Made by a program: the position numbers and the translations under genes. From Vicugna vicugna (taxonomy: Eukaryota), in assembly GCA_013265495.1 (NCBI GenBank), contig MU057398.1, positions 124,001 through 188,000 on the forward strand: a stretch of DNA of 64,000 bases, read 5' to 3'. The notes beneath the pieces were generated by a model, which ran no database searches, had not been told where the DNA came from, and was given only the letters and a program-made list of their open reading frames with translations. Of the stretch, positions 12,635 through 25,001 are shown in pieces. Within the stretch, counting starts at the first letter, position 1, and every line of letters starts with the position of its first letter.

Positions 12635-13704
12635 CTAGGCAGGAGGGGACACGCAGCCACTGAATGCTGGTGATCTGGCCTACAGAAGGCACCTCCTGCT
12701 TCACATCCAGGCTCACACTGAATATGTGCTCTGCCCTAGACCCTCAAATATATGACATTCATCCCCAAGGACAGCCCAGGGCGAGGGCAGGACTCCCAGC
12801 TGGAGAGTCACCAATCAGCGTTCCCCAACCTAACTCCCTTCCTCCTGGCCCAGAGGGGGCACTATCACGTGCTCCATCCCACATTGGTAGCCAAGCAAAG
12901 GCAGTGGCAGAGTGGGATGGAGTGTCCCAAAATAAAAGGGCCTTTCTGATGGGAGAAGACTGTGCTCTAACTTGTCCTGTTGGTAGAATCACAAAGGACA
13001 GGCTGGTCAGAGGTTTGGAAATCTAGGAGTTTTTTGTTAAAAAGCCAAGGCCAACATCATGGAAGCCCTGAGCCAATGTCAGAGTTCTATGCATGGCAAC
13101 TGTACTCATAATCATAACCCAGCCTAGCATCTTAGGTCAGCCTCTGGGGATCTGAAACATAGAATAACGCAGTGAGTCAATACTGACGTAGTCAGCACAG
13201 AGGCGTGTGACCGCTTCTTCCTGTCTGTCTGAACTGGGCCAAGGGCACAGATAGGCAGGCACCTATCTGTCTAGCGTAGTTCTTGGACATTCATAAGAAA
13301 GAAGAGATTCTGATACATTTGGGTGTACCGTGAAAACAGAGACCAATACAGGAACAGAAGCTGGAGGTGAGGGTCTCCTACAGTTGCTAGGACCCCGAGC
13401 AGGCAGTGCACACACCCCTTCTGGGCCAAGGGTCTTGGCTGAGTTAGTACCTTCTTGAAGTGCAGGGAACCCACAGGGGGACATCCCCATCAGCCCTCAT
13501 CCCCTCCATGGCACCAGGAGAGGCACCTGCCCCAACCCACCCAAAGTCCCATACTGAGGCCTAGAGCCTGGAGCCCAGTGTGCCACTCACTCGCAGGGAG
13601 GCTGAGGCCAAGTCCCTCCCAGCCCCCTGTCCCAGCCCTCGGGTCCCTCCCTGGGGGCTGCAGTGGCCTGTGGGAGGGAGGAGGAGAGGAGAGGCAATTC
13701 CTAC

Positions 13705-13929
13705 CTGGCTCCATGAAGTCAGAGTCTGGTACACGGCCTGGATGATAGGGCCGCATGGGTGGAGGTAGGGGCCTGGGCGCTGGCAGCACTCCCCCAGCTC
13801 ATCCTCGTACACTTGGAGGAAAGCCATGATGAGCTGATGGAAGTCAGAGATGACCAAGCGCAGCTTCTGGTCCAGGGTACTGTTGTCAGCCCCGTTCACA
13901 GCGGCCCCTGGCTTCTGCCGCGCAAAGCA
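13705..13929 (-). CDS. HAUS7: HAUS7 coding exon 8: CFARQKPG...[36 protein letters not shown]...TSWSQ
   Basis: AG/GT ends, 225 nt, phase 0-0, close similarity to recalled human HAUS7. Confidence 0.95.
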
Positions 13930-14354
13930 CTGCAAAGCCAAAGGTGGAGGGTCCCTCGAGGCCACCCTGTCTGTCATGGGGCACCATGTCCCTAACCTCC
14001 TTCGGGAAGCAGGGTCTACTGGCCACCCCTCACTTCCACAAACCAGGAGACATTAAGACCAGAGACCTGGGTGGGCCTCAATGTGCTCCTCAGTCCCATA
14101 ACGAGGCCAGGTTCAGGCTACATGCAAGAAAGCACATGGGGCCTGGCTCATAGCTGCCTGAGGCCAGTCCTTTTGACTCCTCGGAAAGCCTCCCTGCTCG
14201 TGCCTTCACGTGGGCTGAGCACCCTCCACCTTGCAGGCGCTGGCTCTGCGCTCACACCACCTCACTCAGACCTCCCAACACACACAGTATAAAAACGGGG
14301 CATCTGAGGCTGGGTGCGCCTTGTCAGAGACAAAGCTGGGGGCAGCGCCCTCAC

Positions 14355-14451
14355 CTCCAGCCTGAGCGACTGCAGCCTGGCGGCACTCTCCTGCAGCTGC
14401 CTGGCCAGCTCCGCCACCTTCTCTTCCTCTGACTCACTGGTGGGGGTAGCC
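14355..14451 (-). CDS. HAUS7: HAUS7 coding exon 7: [32 protein letters not shown]
   Basis: AG/GT ends, 97 nt, phase 2-0; coiled-coil-like. Confidence 0.93.
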
Positions 14452-14564
14452 CTGCAGGGAGAGAAGGGGGGCCACTTCTGCTCGGTGCCAACACGGGCAT
14501 CGGGGCACCTGTGGGCCACATGCAGAAGCGCCCATCCAGGTAACAGAAGCAAGGGAGCATGTAC

Positions 14565-14723
14565 CTCTGCCAGTCATCGCTCTGCTTGTCCAGAAGGGGC
14601 TGCATGTCCAGGGGCCATGGGTCACACTTGGGGCTCAGCAGCATCCGTAGGTGGGAGCTCGAGAAGAGTTCCCCCAGCAGCGCCTCATTCTTCTCCCTGG
14701 TGTCCTCAAAGTGCTCCTTCACA
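14565..14723 (-). CDS. HAUS7: HAUS7 coding exon 6: [22 protein letters not shown]...[20 protein letters not shown]
   Basis: AG/GT ends, 159 nt, phase 2-2. Confidence 0.95.
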
Positions 14724-15125
14724 CTGCAAAGGCAGCCCCAGGCCACGCTCATCACCAGTCAGAGACCCAAGTGGCAAAACGAAACCAGGCAGAGAGGCCA
14801 GGAGACAGCATCTCCTCCAGTCTCCAAGAGTCCGCCCCCATGGCAGGGACACGCCCGGTGCCTGTTTTCCCCATCCCCAGTGGCTGGCCCATGCCTTCAC
14901 ACCGATGGCCTGGTACCTTAGGCAGCACCCCCAGGGTGGTGGGACTCCTGCCTAGTCTAGCACCCCGCAGCTCCTGGGCCAGCATGTAGCTGCTGCTCCC
15001 AGGGCAGGGAGTGAAACTCCAGCTGGAGACGTGCCTGGTGGCGGCCTCCTAGCCCTACCAACTCCAGCTGGAGGACCAAGGGTGCCCACCAGCCGTTCTG
15101 CAAAGGGTGTGTCGCGAACCTTTAC

Positions 15126-15217
15126 CTGGAGCCCCTGGAGCATCCAATGGTCAGGCTCTGGGCCACATCCAGCAGCTGGTCCAAGAAGCACAGCTGCTTC
15201 TGGGAGCAGGCCTGGCC
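15126..15217 (-). CDS. HAUS7: HAUS7 coding exon 5: GQACSQKQLCFLDQLLDVAQSLTIGCSRGS
   Basis: AG/GT ends, 92 nt, phase 0-2. Confidence 0.92.
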
Positions 15218-16599
15218 CTGGGCAAGGAAAGCAACATGTACTCGCTAGCCAGATGTGCCAGGTGCCCCTGCCCCACATTCAGCCCTACTGGGCCACCAGC
15301 AACCGGGACCCCATCCAGCAGCATCGTGGACAGGCTCAGAGCCCTTGGCCCAGCAAGATGGGGTCGTGGAGCTGGCCTGCACCAAACCTACTCCTCGTGA
15401 TGGAATAAGGGCTCATCCCCAAAAGGCAGCAAGTGGCCAGGCTTTAGTTAGGGTCCTTGAGTAGCAGCTGACTTAGCCCCTGTCCCCAGAGGCGGCTGGG
15501 ATTCCCAGCAGGGAGCTGCCCGGCCAGGAGCTCAAGGCTTCGGAAGCACCACTCCTTCCTCCTTCCAGAAAGGGGAGGAGGCTTGCAGCTGATCCCCAGG
15601 ACCTAAATACAACCTGAGAGGCCTGGCCTCTGGAAGCTTCTGGCATCTACATCTCCATGCCTTCCTGTTGACTCATTCTCCCCATCTGCCCATACAACAC
15701 TGAGCCCAAATGACACATTTGAAGGGCAGGCCGGGAGTAGGAGGTGGCAGGTGTGACACTAGACAGGGAAGAGCCCAGGCAGAATCAAGAGAGCAAGTGC
15801 CACTCAGGATGTCACAAGGCCTTGACCAGTGGCCAGGGCTGGGACACCCTGACTGCTGTCCCCTCCTCAGCACAGACCCAGCTCCCCCTCAATGCCCAGG
15901 AAAGGATGGTTTCCCTGCTTGAGGCTCTGCCAACCTGAGGTAGGGCTCAGACTGGAACTGACCCCACTGGGCAGTTCTGGCCTGTGTCTGCTTACAAGCC
16001 TCCAGACCAGAGGCCTGGGCCACGGAGGTCCTCTGTGGTTCATCAGGGCCCAACCCCTCTAACACTCAAGAGTCCCCAGTCTGGACTACAGCCACCTCAT
16101 TGATGCCCGTCCATGGCCTCTACTGGCCTGGAGGCAGCACTAGGCCAAGGCCTCATCTCATGCCATCTGTGTCCCCTGTTCTCCCCAGCAAAGGGCCAGA
16201 CCCAACAAAGACACTCAGAAAGGCCTGCAGAGTGAATCCTTGAAGCCCCAAACTTCACTGTGCTCTGGGTGGGATGCCCTCCCCTGGGCCCCAGCCCAAT
16301 CCCTCCATCAGCAAAGCAGATGGGCCCCGCCTAACCTGGCTGCTTCCCTCCACTGTGGCCTCTGCGACCACAGCTGCCCAAGCCAGTCCGTCTCTGTGAT
16401 GCTACAGACTCTGTCTAGTGGCTGCCCACTGCACTGAGAAAACACCCTAAGGCCTCCTGCAAGGCTTGGTCCTTAGCACCGCTCCAGCGAAAGAAGCCTG
16501 CTGGCTGTTTGGGGAACAGGCCAAGGACACACTGCTTCGGGGCTGTGCCCTCGCTGTTCTTTAGCCTGGAGCACTCCCCTCCCAGGTGCGCTTTTTCAT

Positions 16600-17160
16600 T
16601 CCGAGAGCTGGTATTCTTACTGAGATAGAATGCACATACCATGAATTCACCCTTCTGAAGTGTTCAGATTAGTGGCTGTTAGGACAGTCACAGAGCTGTG
16701 CAGCCAATGCCACTATGTCAGTCCAGCACTGTCATCACCCCCAAAAGAAACTAGATCCCCATTAGTAGCTGCTGCTCCCCATCCCTGCACCCAGCAGCCC
16801 CGGTGCCCACTCATCTGCTTCTGCTGCTTTGGATTCGTGTCTTGTGGGCCTTTCCTACAAGTGGGAACATGCTCCTGGCCTTCTGTGTCTGGCTGCTCTC
16901 ACGCTGCATCCTGTTTTCCAGGTCCACTCACAGAGTCACACCGATCGGTATTTTCTCCTTTCTTGTTGCTAATTAGTTTATCCATCCACTAGCAGATGGA
17001 AATTTGAGTTGTTCCTACTTTGGGGCTACTACTTCCTGTTCATGTACAAGCTCCCGTGGGGACCCAGGTTTTCGGTCCTCTTGGGGAGACAGCTATGAGT
17101 GGAAGTGCTGGACCAGGTGGGAAATTGAGCTTTACCGTCTATGGAACTGCAAGCGGTTTC
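16600..17160 (-). mobile_element. Old L1 (L1M-type) 3' end fragment
   Basis: tgagatagaatgcacataccatg...cagagctgtgcagcc...catcacccccaaaagaaact is the reverse complement of a typical L1MB/L1MC 3' end. Confidence 0.7.
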
Positions 17161-17229
17161 CTGCCCTGGGCCTGTGTCACAACTACAGTGTCATTGCTCT
17201 TGGCCTTTTCAGGGGATAAAGTAAGGAAA

Positions 17230-17254
17230 TGTGTGTGTGTGTGTGTGTGTGTGT
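17230..17254. repeat. (TG)n microsatellite
   Basis: About 12 perfect TG units. Confidence 0.95.
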
Positions 17255-17409
17255 AGACACACATACGTTCTGAAAGTTCCAACACATTAGGGGCTCATAC
17301 TGACACTCCCGAACCTAACAGTCTTATGCCCAAATCTGCTTTCTCCCACATCCCAACTCCCAGCTCTCAATAATGCCAACATGATGATTCTTTTGCTTTT
17401 ACGTTTTAT

Positions 17410-17935
17410 TCCAGGAGACAGACTGAAGTACTGATTCATGCTTCAACATGGATGACCCTGGAAAATACTGTATGATTCCATTCCTATGAAATAGAAACAG
17501 GAAAGCAGTGGGCGCCAGGGCCTGTAACTAATGGAGGTGACTGCTTAATGGGCACAGGACCTTCTTTTAGGGTGACAAACATCTTCCAGAACTAGACAGA
17601 GGTGAAGGCTGCACAACATGAGGAATGTATTAAATGCTACTGAATTATATGTTTGAAAATGGCTTAAAAATTGGGTAGTTTCAATTTTGGAAAATGAAAA
17701 GCGTTATGGAGATGGTGGTAATGGCTACCTAATATTGTGAATGTACTTAATGCCACTGACTATACACTCAAAAATGGTTCCAACGGTAAATTTTGTTATG
17801 TTTATTTTATCACAATAATAAAGTATTAAAAGAAAGAATAGAGCCCCTCAGGGCGGGAAATTTTTTTAAAAAATGGTTAAAAGGGTAAATTTTATGTTAC
17901 ATGCATTTTACCACAACAAAAAAATTTTTAATTAA
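17410..17935 (+). mobile_element. Cluster of L1M 3'-UTR tail fragments
   Basis: Repeated L1MA/L1MB terminal motif aatgtacttaatgccactga...aaaatggttaaaa.ggtaaattttatgtta. Confidence 0.75.
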
Positions 17936-17939
17936 AACT

Positions 17940-20900
17940 AAGGGAAGGGTTACAGTTCTGGGTAAGATGGAGAGAGCACATGCCACCTTCCTGAACACCC
18001 ACTGACACCCACTGCTCAGAGCGGACAGGAAGCATGTGGCTGGTGTCTGCAGTCTCCGAAAGGTAAATGTCAGCAGGTGTGTCAGGGAGGTCAGAATCCA
18101 AGGGCACCATTCAGATTGGTGGGGACGTACCACATTCTCTCCTCTGGTCTCCCCAGGCCTGTGCTCAGGCCAGCCCAGGCCCAGAGAGAGTACGGGGCAC
18201 ACACGGAGAGCTCCAGGAGGAGAAAACCCTAGCACTTAGAGAGACTGGAAAAGTCCCTGGCCTCTTTCTCTCTCTTTTCTCTGTTCTCTCAGACCCCAGA
18301 CCCCAGGCAATGTCGGGGTGGCAGCAGCACATAGGCAGCCTGGCAACAGAAAATTACAGCAGCCAACACTCTGAGGGCAGAGAAGCGTCCTCTCCACTCA
18401 GTGGAGCTATGGGCCAAACGCTGTTACTGTTTCTTCCTCTCTGTCCTCCCACCGCTGTGGTGCAATCATGGCTGGAAGACAGAAAAGGAGAGCCCCATTC
18501 CCCAAGAACCAGATAATATTAGAGATGACTAGGAGGGAATAACTCGGGAAACTGAACTCATCAATCTGTCTGAGAACGCGCCCCCCACCCCATGCAGGGC
18601 TGGGTCTGACCTTGATGAGCATGCTGGGGCTCTGATCACTAAGCCAGTGGGGAGACCAGCACCCAGGCCCCAGGCTGAATGCTGGGTCACGTATGCAGCA
18701 GCGCAAAGGCTGTGGGAACTGAGCAGACACTGGAACCATGGGCCAGAGAAGTGGGCTGAATGTGCAGCTTAAACCTAACCAGGTTAAGTGCCTGCTAAAA
18801 CACAAATATCAACATTCTCCATAAAATCTAATGAGACTCGAAGTCAAAGTAATAGTCAAAATGTCTAGGACACAATCTAAAATTACTTGGCACATGAAGA
18901 AAACCATAAAAATCCCAACTTGAATGAGAAAACAGTCAACAGACACCAATGACAAGACGGTACAGATGCTGGAACTACATGGCAAACGTAAAGCAGCCAT
19001 TAGAAAAATGCTGACTAAGCAGTCATAGACACCACTGAGACCGAAGCTGGAAGAGAAAGCAGCAGCAAAGAGACAGAAATGTGTTGTGTTTTTTAAACCA
19101 CATAGACACTTAAAACAGAAAAATAGAGTAACTGAAATAAAAACTCACTGATGGAGCGAATCAACAGCAGAATGGAGGAGAGAGAGGAAAGAGTCAGTGA
19201 ACTTGAAAACAGATTAACAGAAACTATCCAATATGAGCAACAGTGAGGAAAAAAAGTTGAAAAACATTAACAGCCTCATGGACCTGTGGTACAACAATAA
19301 AAGGCCTAATATGTGTGTCATAGGAGGCCCAAATGGAGAGGACAAAAGCATGTAGACTGAAAAAGTATTTTAAGGAATAACAGCTGAAAACCTCCCAAGT
19401 TTGGTGAATGACACAAACTTACAGATTCGAGAAGCTGAGCAAATCCAAACAGGACAAAACCAAAAAAACTGTCCCACAAATACATAATTAAATTGCTGGA
19501 AACTAATGACAAAGAAAAAAATTTAAGTAGCAGAAGAAAAATAATACATGACTCATAGGAGGAAAATGACTCAAATGACTGCAGATTTCTCATCAGAACC
19601 TGTGAAGAAAGAACTGCCAACACAGAATTCTATATCCAGTGAAAATATCCACCAAGAATGAAGGAGAACTAGACATACTCAAATAAATGAAATCTAAGAG
19701 AATTTGGACACAGCAGACCACTTCAAAAAAAGAATTGCTAAAGGCAGTTCTTTAGACAGAAGTGAAATGATATCAGAAGGAAACCTAGAACACCAATGAA
19801 GGAAAAACAGAAAAAAGGACAAAACCACATGATCATGGCAGCAGATGCAGAGAAAGCATTTACAAAATTCAATACTCTTTCATGATAAAAACACTTAATC
19901 CAGGAATAGAAAGGAACACCCTCAACTTGATAAAGGGCATCTATAAAAAACCCACAGCTAACATCATACTCAGTGGTGAAGATCCATGTCTTCCCCCTAA
20001 GACCAGGGACAAGATAAGGATGCCCATTCTTGCCACTACTATTCATCACTGTACTGATGTGTTAGCCACAGAAATTAGGCAAGAAAAAGAAATAAAAAGA
20101 ATCTAAATTGGAAAGGCAGATGTAAAACTATCTCTATTTGCAGATGACACAATCTTGTATACAGAAAATCCTAAGAAATGCATTAAAAACTACTAGAACT
20201 AATAAACGAGGTGGCAGGATACAAGAGCAATGTGCAAAAATCAACTGTATTTCCATACACTAGCAATGAACAATATAAAAATAAAATTAAGAAAACACTG
20301 CCATTTACAATGGCATCATAAAGAGTGAAATACTTAGGAATAAATTTAACAAAAGAAGTACAAGACTTGTACATAGAAAGTTACAAAGTATCTTTGAAAT
20401 AAATTAAAGAAAACCTAAATTAATGGAAAGACTGCCCGTGTTCATGGACAGAAAGACTTAATACAGTTGGTGACAATACTCCTCAAAGTGATCTACAGAT
20501 TCGACACAATCTCCATTAAAATCCCAGTTGGCTTTTTTGCAGAAATTGACAAGCTGATTCTAAAATTCACACGGAAATTCAAGGGACCCCTAATAGCCAA
20601 AACAATCTTAAAAAAAGAGCAAAGTTGGAGGATTCACATGCCATGATTTACTACAAAGCAACAGTAATCAAGGCAGTGTGGTACTGGCCTAAGGACAGAC
20701 ATACAGATCAATGGAACAGAATGGAGAATCCAGAAATAAACCTTCGCATTTACACTAACTGATGTTCAACAAGGATGCCAAGACAATCCAATGAGGAAAG
20801 AATGGTCTTTTCATAAACGGTGCTGGGAAAACTGGACAGCCACATGCAAAAGAATGAAGTTGGGTACATCCCTTATACCATATAAAAAACCTAACTCAAA

Positions 20901-21660
20901 ATAGACCAAAGATCTAACTACAAGAGCTAAAACTATAAAACTCTTAGAAGAAAACACAGGTGCCAATCTTAATGACTTTAGATTTGGTGATAGATTCTTA
21001 AATATGACACCAAAAGCACAAGCAACAAAAGAAAAACAGATAAATTGGATTTCACCAAAACTAAAAACTTTTGTGCTCCAAAGGACACATCAGGAAAGTA
21101 AAAAGACAATCTGCAAAATGGGAGGAAGTATTTGTAAATCAAATATCTGATGTGACTTCTATCCAGAATATATAAAGAATTCTTATAACTCAATAATAAA
21201 AAGACAAATAGCCCAATCAGAAAGTGGGCAAAAGAATTGGACAGAAACATGTCTCCAAAGAAGACGTACAAATGGCCGATGAGCACAGGAAAAGACGTTC
21301 AACATCGTTAGTCATCAGGGAAATGCAAATCAAAACCACAGTGAGACAGCCCTTCAGATCCATGACGATGGCTAGCAGCAAAAAGATGGACAGTAACACG
21401 TGTCGGTCATGATGTCAGACCCTGGCACCCTCCTCACACACCGCGGGTGAGAATGTAAAATGGTGCAGCCACTTTGGAAAGCAGTTTGGTGGTTCCTCAA
21501 AAAGTTAAACATATTCAAAAAAATTCAAAAAGTTTAACAATTCCACTCCTAGCCATATACCCTAGAGAACTGAAAACATGTCTTTGGTCAAACACGTATA
21601 CAGGAAGATTCACAGCAGCATTATTTCTAATAGCCAAAATGTGGAAATAATTATTTCAAA
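17940..21660 (+). mobile_element. Degenerate LINE-1 (5' region, ORF1, internal deletion, ORF2 RT to C-terminus), antisense in HAUS7 intron 4
   Basis: A-rich; ORF2-like peptides IKGIYKKPTANIIL, LATEIRQEKEIK, LFADD (about 20136-20150), REMQIKTT; many stops and frameshifts. Confidence 0.9.
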
Positions 21661-21789
21661 TTTTTTTTAATTTTAAGGGTATGTGGCAGGGTTTCTTTGA
21701 CTGATGTGGGGGTGGACTGGGGCCATCTCTGTATAGAAACCCAGAGTGGGCAGCAGATGGGGAAAGTGTATAGGATCGGGAGCCAGAGG

Positions 21790-21945
21790 CCTGCGATGGA
21801 GGCCAGGCTCTGTCACTGGGTAACCTTGAGTGAGCTGTCTGTCACCTTCCCCATGAAATGGAGCCAAGACAAGTACCTACTGCCAAGGGTAGGTGTGACA
21901 ATTACCGGCATGTAAAGTACTTACCACAGTGTTGGTGTGTATGAT
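21790..21945 (+). mobile_element. MIR SINE fragment
   Basis: ccaggctctgtcactgggtaaccttgagtgag...atgtaaagtacttaccacagt, MIR core-like. Confidence 0.55.
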
Positions 21946-22223
21946 GTCATCCACCGAGGACAGGATGTGTTCTCTGTTCCTTTGGTCATGATAAGCCAGA
22001 GGTCCTCCTTGGCCTCCTCAGCCACCCTCCCCTCTTGTCCCTAGGGATGGCTGGGATCTACCCAAGGGAATTCTATGGGTTCCTGCCCCAGGGAGCTAAG
22101 AAGCAGAGACTGGGGATGATACCTCCTGGACCTGAGGAGCAAAGGCCTGGGGAAAGAAAGCCCCTGCGTGCCCACTGCAGCCTTACTGAGACCCCCATGG
22201 GGACAGAGAGGGTCCTCTCTTAC

Positions 22224-22285
22224 CTTCAGGAGCTCCTGGTCATCCGGCCCACACAGCATCAACTCATGGCCTAGTTTCACCATCT
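22224..22285 (-). CDS. HAUS7: HAUS7 coding exon 4: (E)MVKLGHELMLCGPDDQELLK
   Basis: AG/GT ends, 62 nt, phase 1-0. Confidence 0.93.
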
Positions 22286-22704
22286 CTGTTAGAACACAAG
22301 GATCCAGTTACCGCAGACACCCACCCAAACAGGCGAGGACACCACACACCCATGCAGGGGCCCAGTGCTCCCATGGTGAAGATGCTCCCACTCCTGGCTG
22401 GGCCAGGAAGACCCAGGTAAACAAGTAAGCAGGTGGAGGACACCCCCAGGTGCCAGGACTGCCTCTTGCTCCGTGACCTGTATCTAGTCACTGCCCTTCT
22501 CTGGGCACCAGTTTCCTCACCTGAAATAAGACGCTGCATTCAACGCTCTTCCTTACAGAGAACTCTGGCTTCTAGCAAAAGCCAGTCAGCTGCCTGAGGA
22601 GTCAAGAGAGGCCAGGGAATCTTCCAAACATGCTGTGTGCTACCCTTTCAGAGACCTCGCCAGGCCAAAGCAAAAGGAACCATCTCTCATGTTCGTCAGT
22701 TTCC

Positions 22705-22900
22705 TACAGGCCTTTCACATCATCATCTCCTTTCATCTTGCTGACAAGCCTAGGAGGTGGGCCTTAGCTCCATTCACAGATTAGGAAACTGAGTCCCTCT
22801 GTGGTATAGGGTTTGCTTGGCCATGTTTTCCAGGGTGCCCTGAGCATTCTGAGTAACCATGTGGCACACAGAGAAAGGCCAGTCCTTGGAGCCAGAAAGC
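22705..22900 (-). mobile_element. MIR SINE fragment
   Basis: cccattcacagattaggaaactgag is the MIR core in reverse. Confidence 0.6.
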
Positions 22901-23139
22901 CTGGGGCCAATGCCAGCTCCATGCCCCCCACCTGGCCCCGTGGCAATGTCCTTACCCCCTGACAGGTCCATCTCCCACCCTCACATTCCTCAGTGGCAGA
23001 ATGGGCATAACTCTGGCATCTGCTTTGGAAGGTTTGGTGTTAAGAAGCAAGCAGAGTGTGTATGTGAAAGTATGAATAATCCTGGAGACGGCGCACAAGT
23101 ACCAGTTACCCCCTAAGCACACCTGCCTAGCCCGCATCC

Positions 23140-23880
23140 CTTAACCCCAAATCCTTGTGTACGTGTTGGCCCCGCCAACTCTGCCTTCGCTGTAAATCCA
23201 GGATCCAGTCAGTGCTCCCCTCTCCCACTGCCCCCACATCTCAAGCCTGGATTGCTGCAGGAGCCTGTCAGTGGTGTCCCTGCCTCTGCCCAGCCTCCTG
23301 CTCTCAGCCCAGCAGCCCCAGGTACCCTGTTAAACCCTAAGTCAGGCTGCAGCCCTCCTCAGAATAAAAGCCAACGTCCTTCCATGGCCCACAAGGACTG
23401 GGCCAGTCTGGCCCCATTGCCCCTCTGACCTCACCCCCCTCCTCCTGTTGCTCCACACTCCATGCCAGGCACCCTGGCCACCTGGCTGCTCCTCAAAACT
23501 GCTAGGCACACACAAGACTACCTCAGGGCCCCCACACTTGCTGTTTTCTGGCCCTGAACACTGTTCCTTCTTTCTGATATCTGCTTGGCTCACTTCCTCC
23601 CTTCCTGCAAGTCTCTGTTTTAAAGAGAGGCCCTCCCCAGCCATCTTCTGTCAACAGAACCACCCTTCTCCCCACCCATCCAAGCACAATTTTGCCTTCA
23701 CCTAGCTTTGTTTATGGTGCTTCTCACTGTCTGCTACACTGCAAATTTTGCTGCCTTCTTGGTTTATCACCTGCCTCTCCCAGCTACAGAGGAAGCTCCG
23801 TGAGCACAGCACAATCACCGCCAGCATCTGAAACAGCAGTGGTCGCGTACTGGTGCTCCAGAAATACCCGTCAAGCGAAG
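23140..23880 (+). mobile_element. L2 LINE 3' fragment
   Basis: cagaataaaagccaacgtccttccatggcccacaagg...cctcagggcc, typical of L2 3' regions. Confidence 0.65.
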
Positions 23881-24933
23881 TGCTGAATTCTAATCTCCCA
23901 ACTTATTCTGGTCTCTCCCAGTAATACTCTTCGACGAGCACTCACATCTACCACCTGCTCTGCCACTAAGCACACTGCCACAAAGTGGGCAGGGCTAGGT
24001 GATACTCCAAACTTTACAGAAGAGGAAACTGAGGCTGGGAATGGCAAGGCCAAGGCCGTGGTTGGGCTGAGGGCCAGGGCTAGCACCTGTGTGTGCATGT
24101 GTGTCAGAGATCTCAGCTACGGCCTGGTGAACAGGCTCACTCAGCCTTGACTGCTGTGGTCCCCTCAAGAGGAGAGTGCCGGGCGCACCAGCGCCGGGGA
24201 GACGGGCAGCGCTGCTGCACAGCCCAGGCCGGCCCACAGGCTCCAAGGCCCGACGCCTTGTTCTGGCCCATTTCAGCCTCGGGTACAACTGTCCCCAGAT
24301 AACTACTTTGGCAGCGCCAGCAGGGGCAAGGATCAGGATTCCAGGGTCCAGTTCACCCACCCTGAAGTGGCAGGGCCAAACGAGACCCATGGAAAATTTG
24401 ACCTTTGGAAACACTCCGTGTGCACACAAGGTGAAGGGTCAGCCACCACCTTGAGGACTGCAATTGGCTCCCCTTTACCGAATGTTCATGACCAGGTAAA
24501 GCACAGTTTGTGCCAAGAAAGGATCAAAAAGAAGCAGTTCCAAGACAAGTGCCGTGGAGACCTGCCCAGCGTGCTCACAGGAGCGCCACACGTAGCATGC
24601 ACGTGCACACACCAGCGACATGTGTCACTGGTGGCATCAGTGAGAACTGCTGTCTCTGCCGCCAGCACCTCAGTGGATGGGCTGGCAGGGTGACGCGGCC
24701 TTGGCCTCCTTCATGTGCCCCTAGCAGAGGAGCACTCCCACTCACCACGCCCAGTGGGGGGTGTGGGGGAGGGCTGATTCTCGAAGTCTCTACTAACGTC
24801 AACAGAGTGTGCACCTTCCAGGAGAAAAAAAACCGTCTCATGCGATGTTCACAAACTGCAAGGAGACTGTGCACCAGGTCAAAATGGCCCAAAATCCACC
24901 ACTTGACACTAAACTCCGAGGACGAACACCCAC

Positions 24934-25001
24934 CTTGGATCTTCACCTCGGCTGGAGCCCCCTTCAGTGAGCTGAACTTGTCCTGCCAAGAGGGACAGAC
25001 C
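24934..25001 (-). CDS. HAUS7: HAUS7 coding exon 3: VCPSWQDKFSSLKGAPAEVKIQ
   Basis: AG/GT ends, 68 nt, phase 2-1. Confidence 0.93.

Noticed and set aside
14314..14955. 213-aa plus-strand ORF
   Set aside because: Antisense shadow of HAUS7 exons 6-7
19882..21412. RT-like ORF fragments
   Set aside because: Decayed L1 ORF2 with many stops and frameshifts; not an active or domesticated gene
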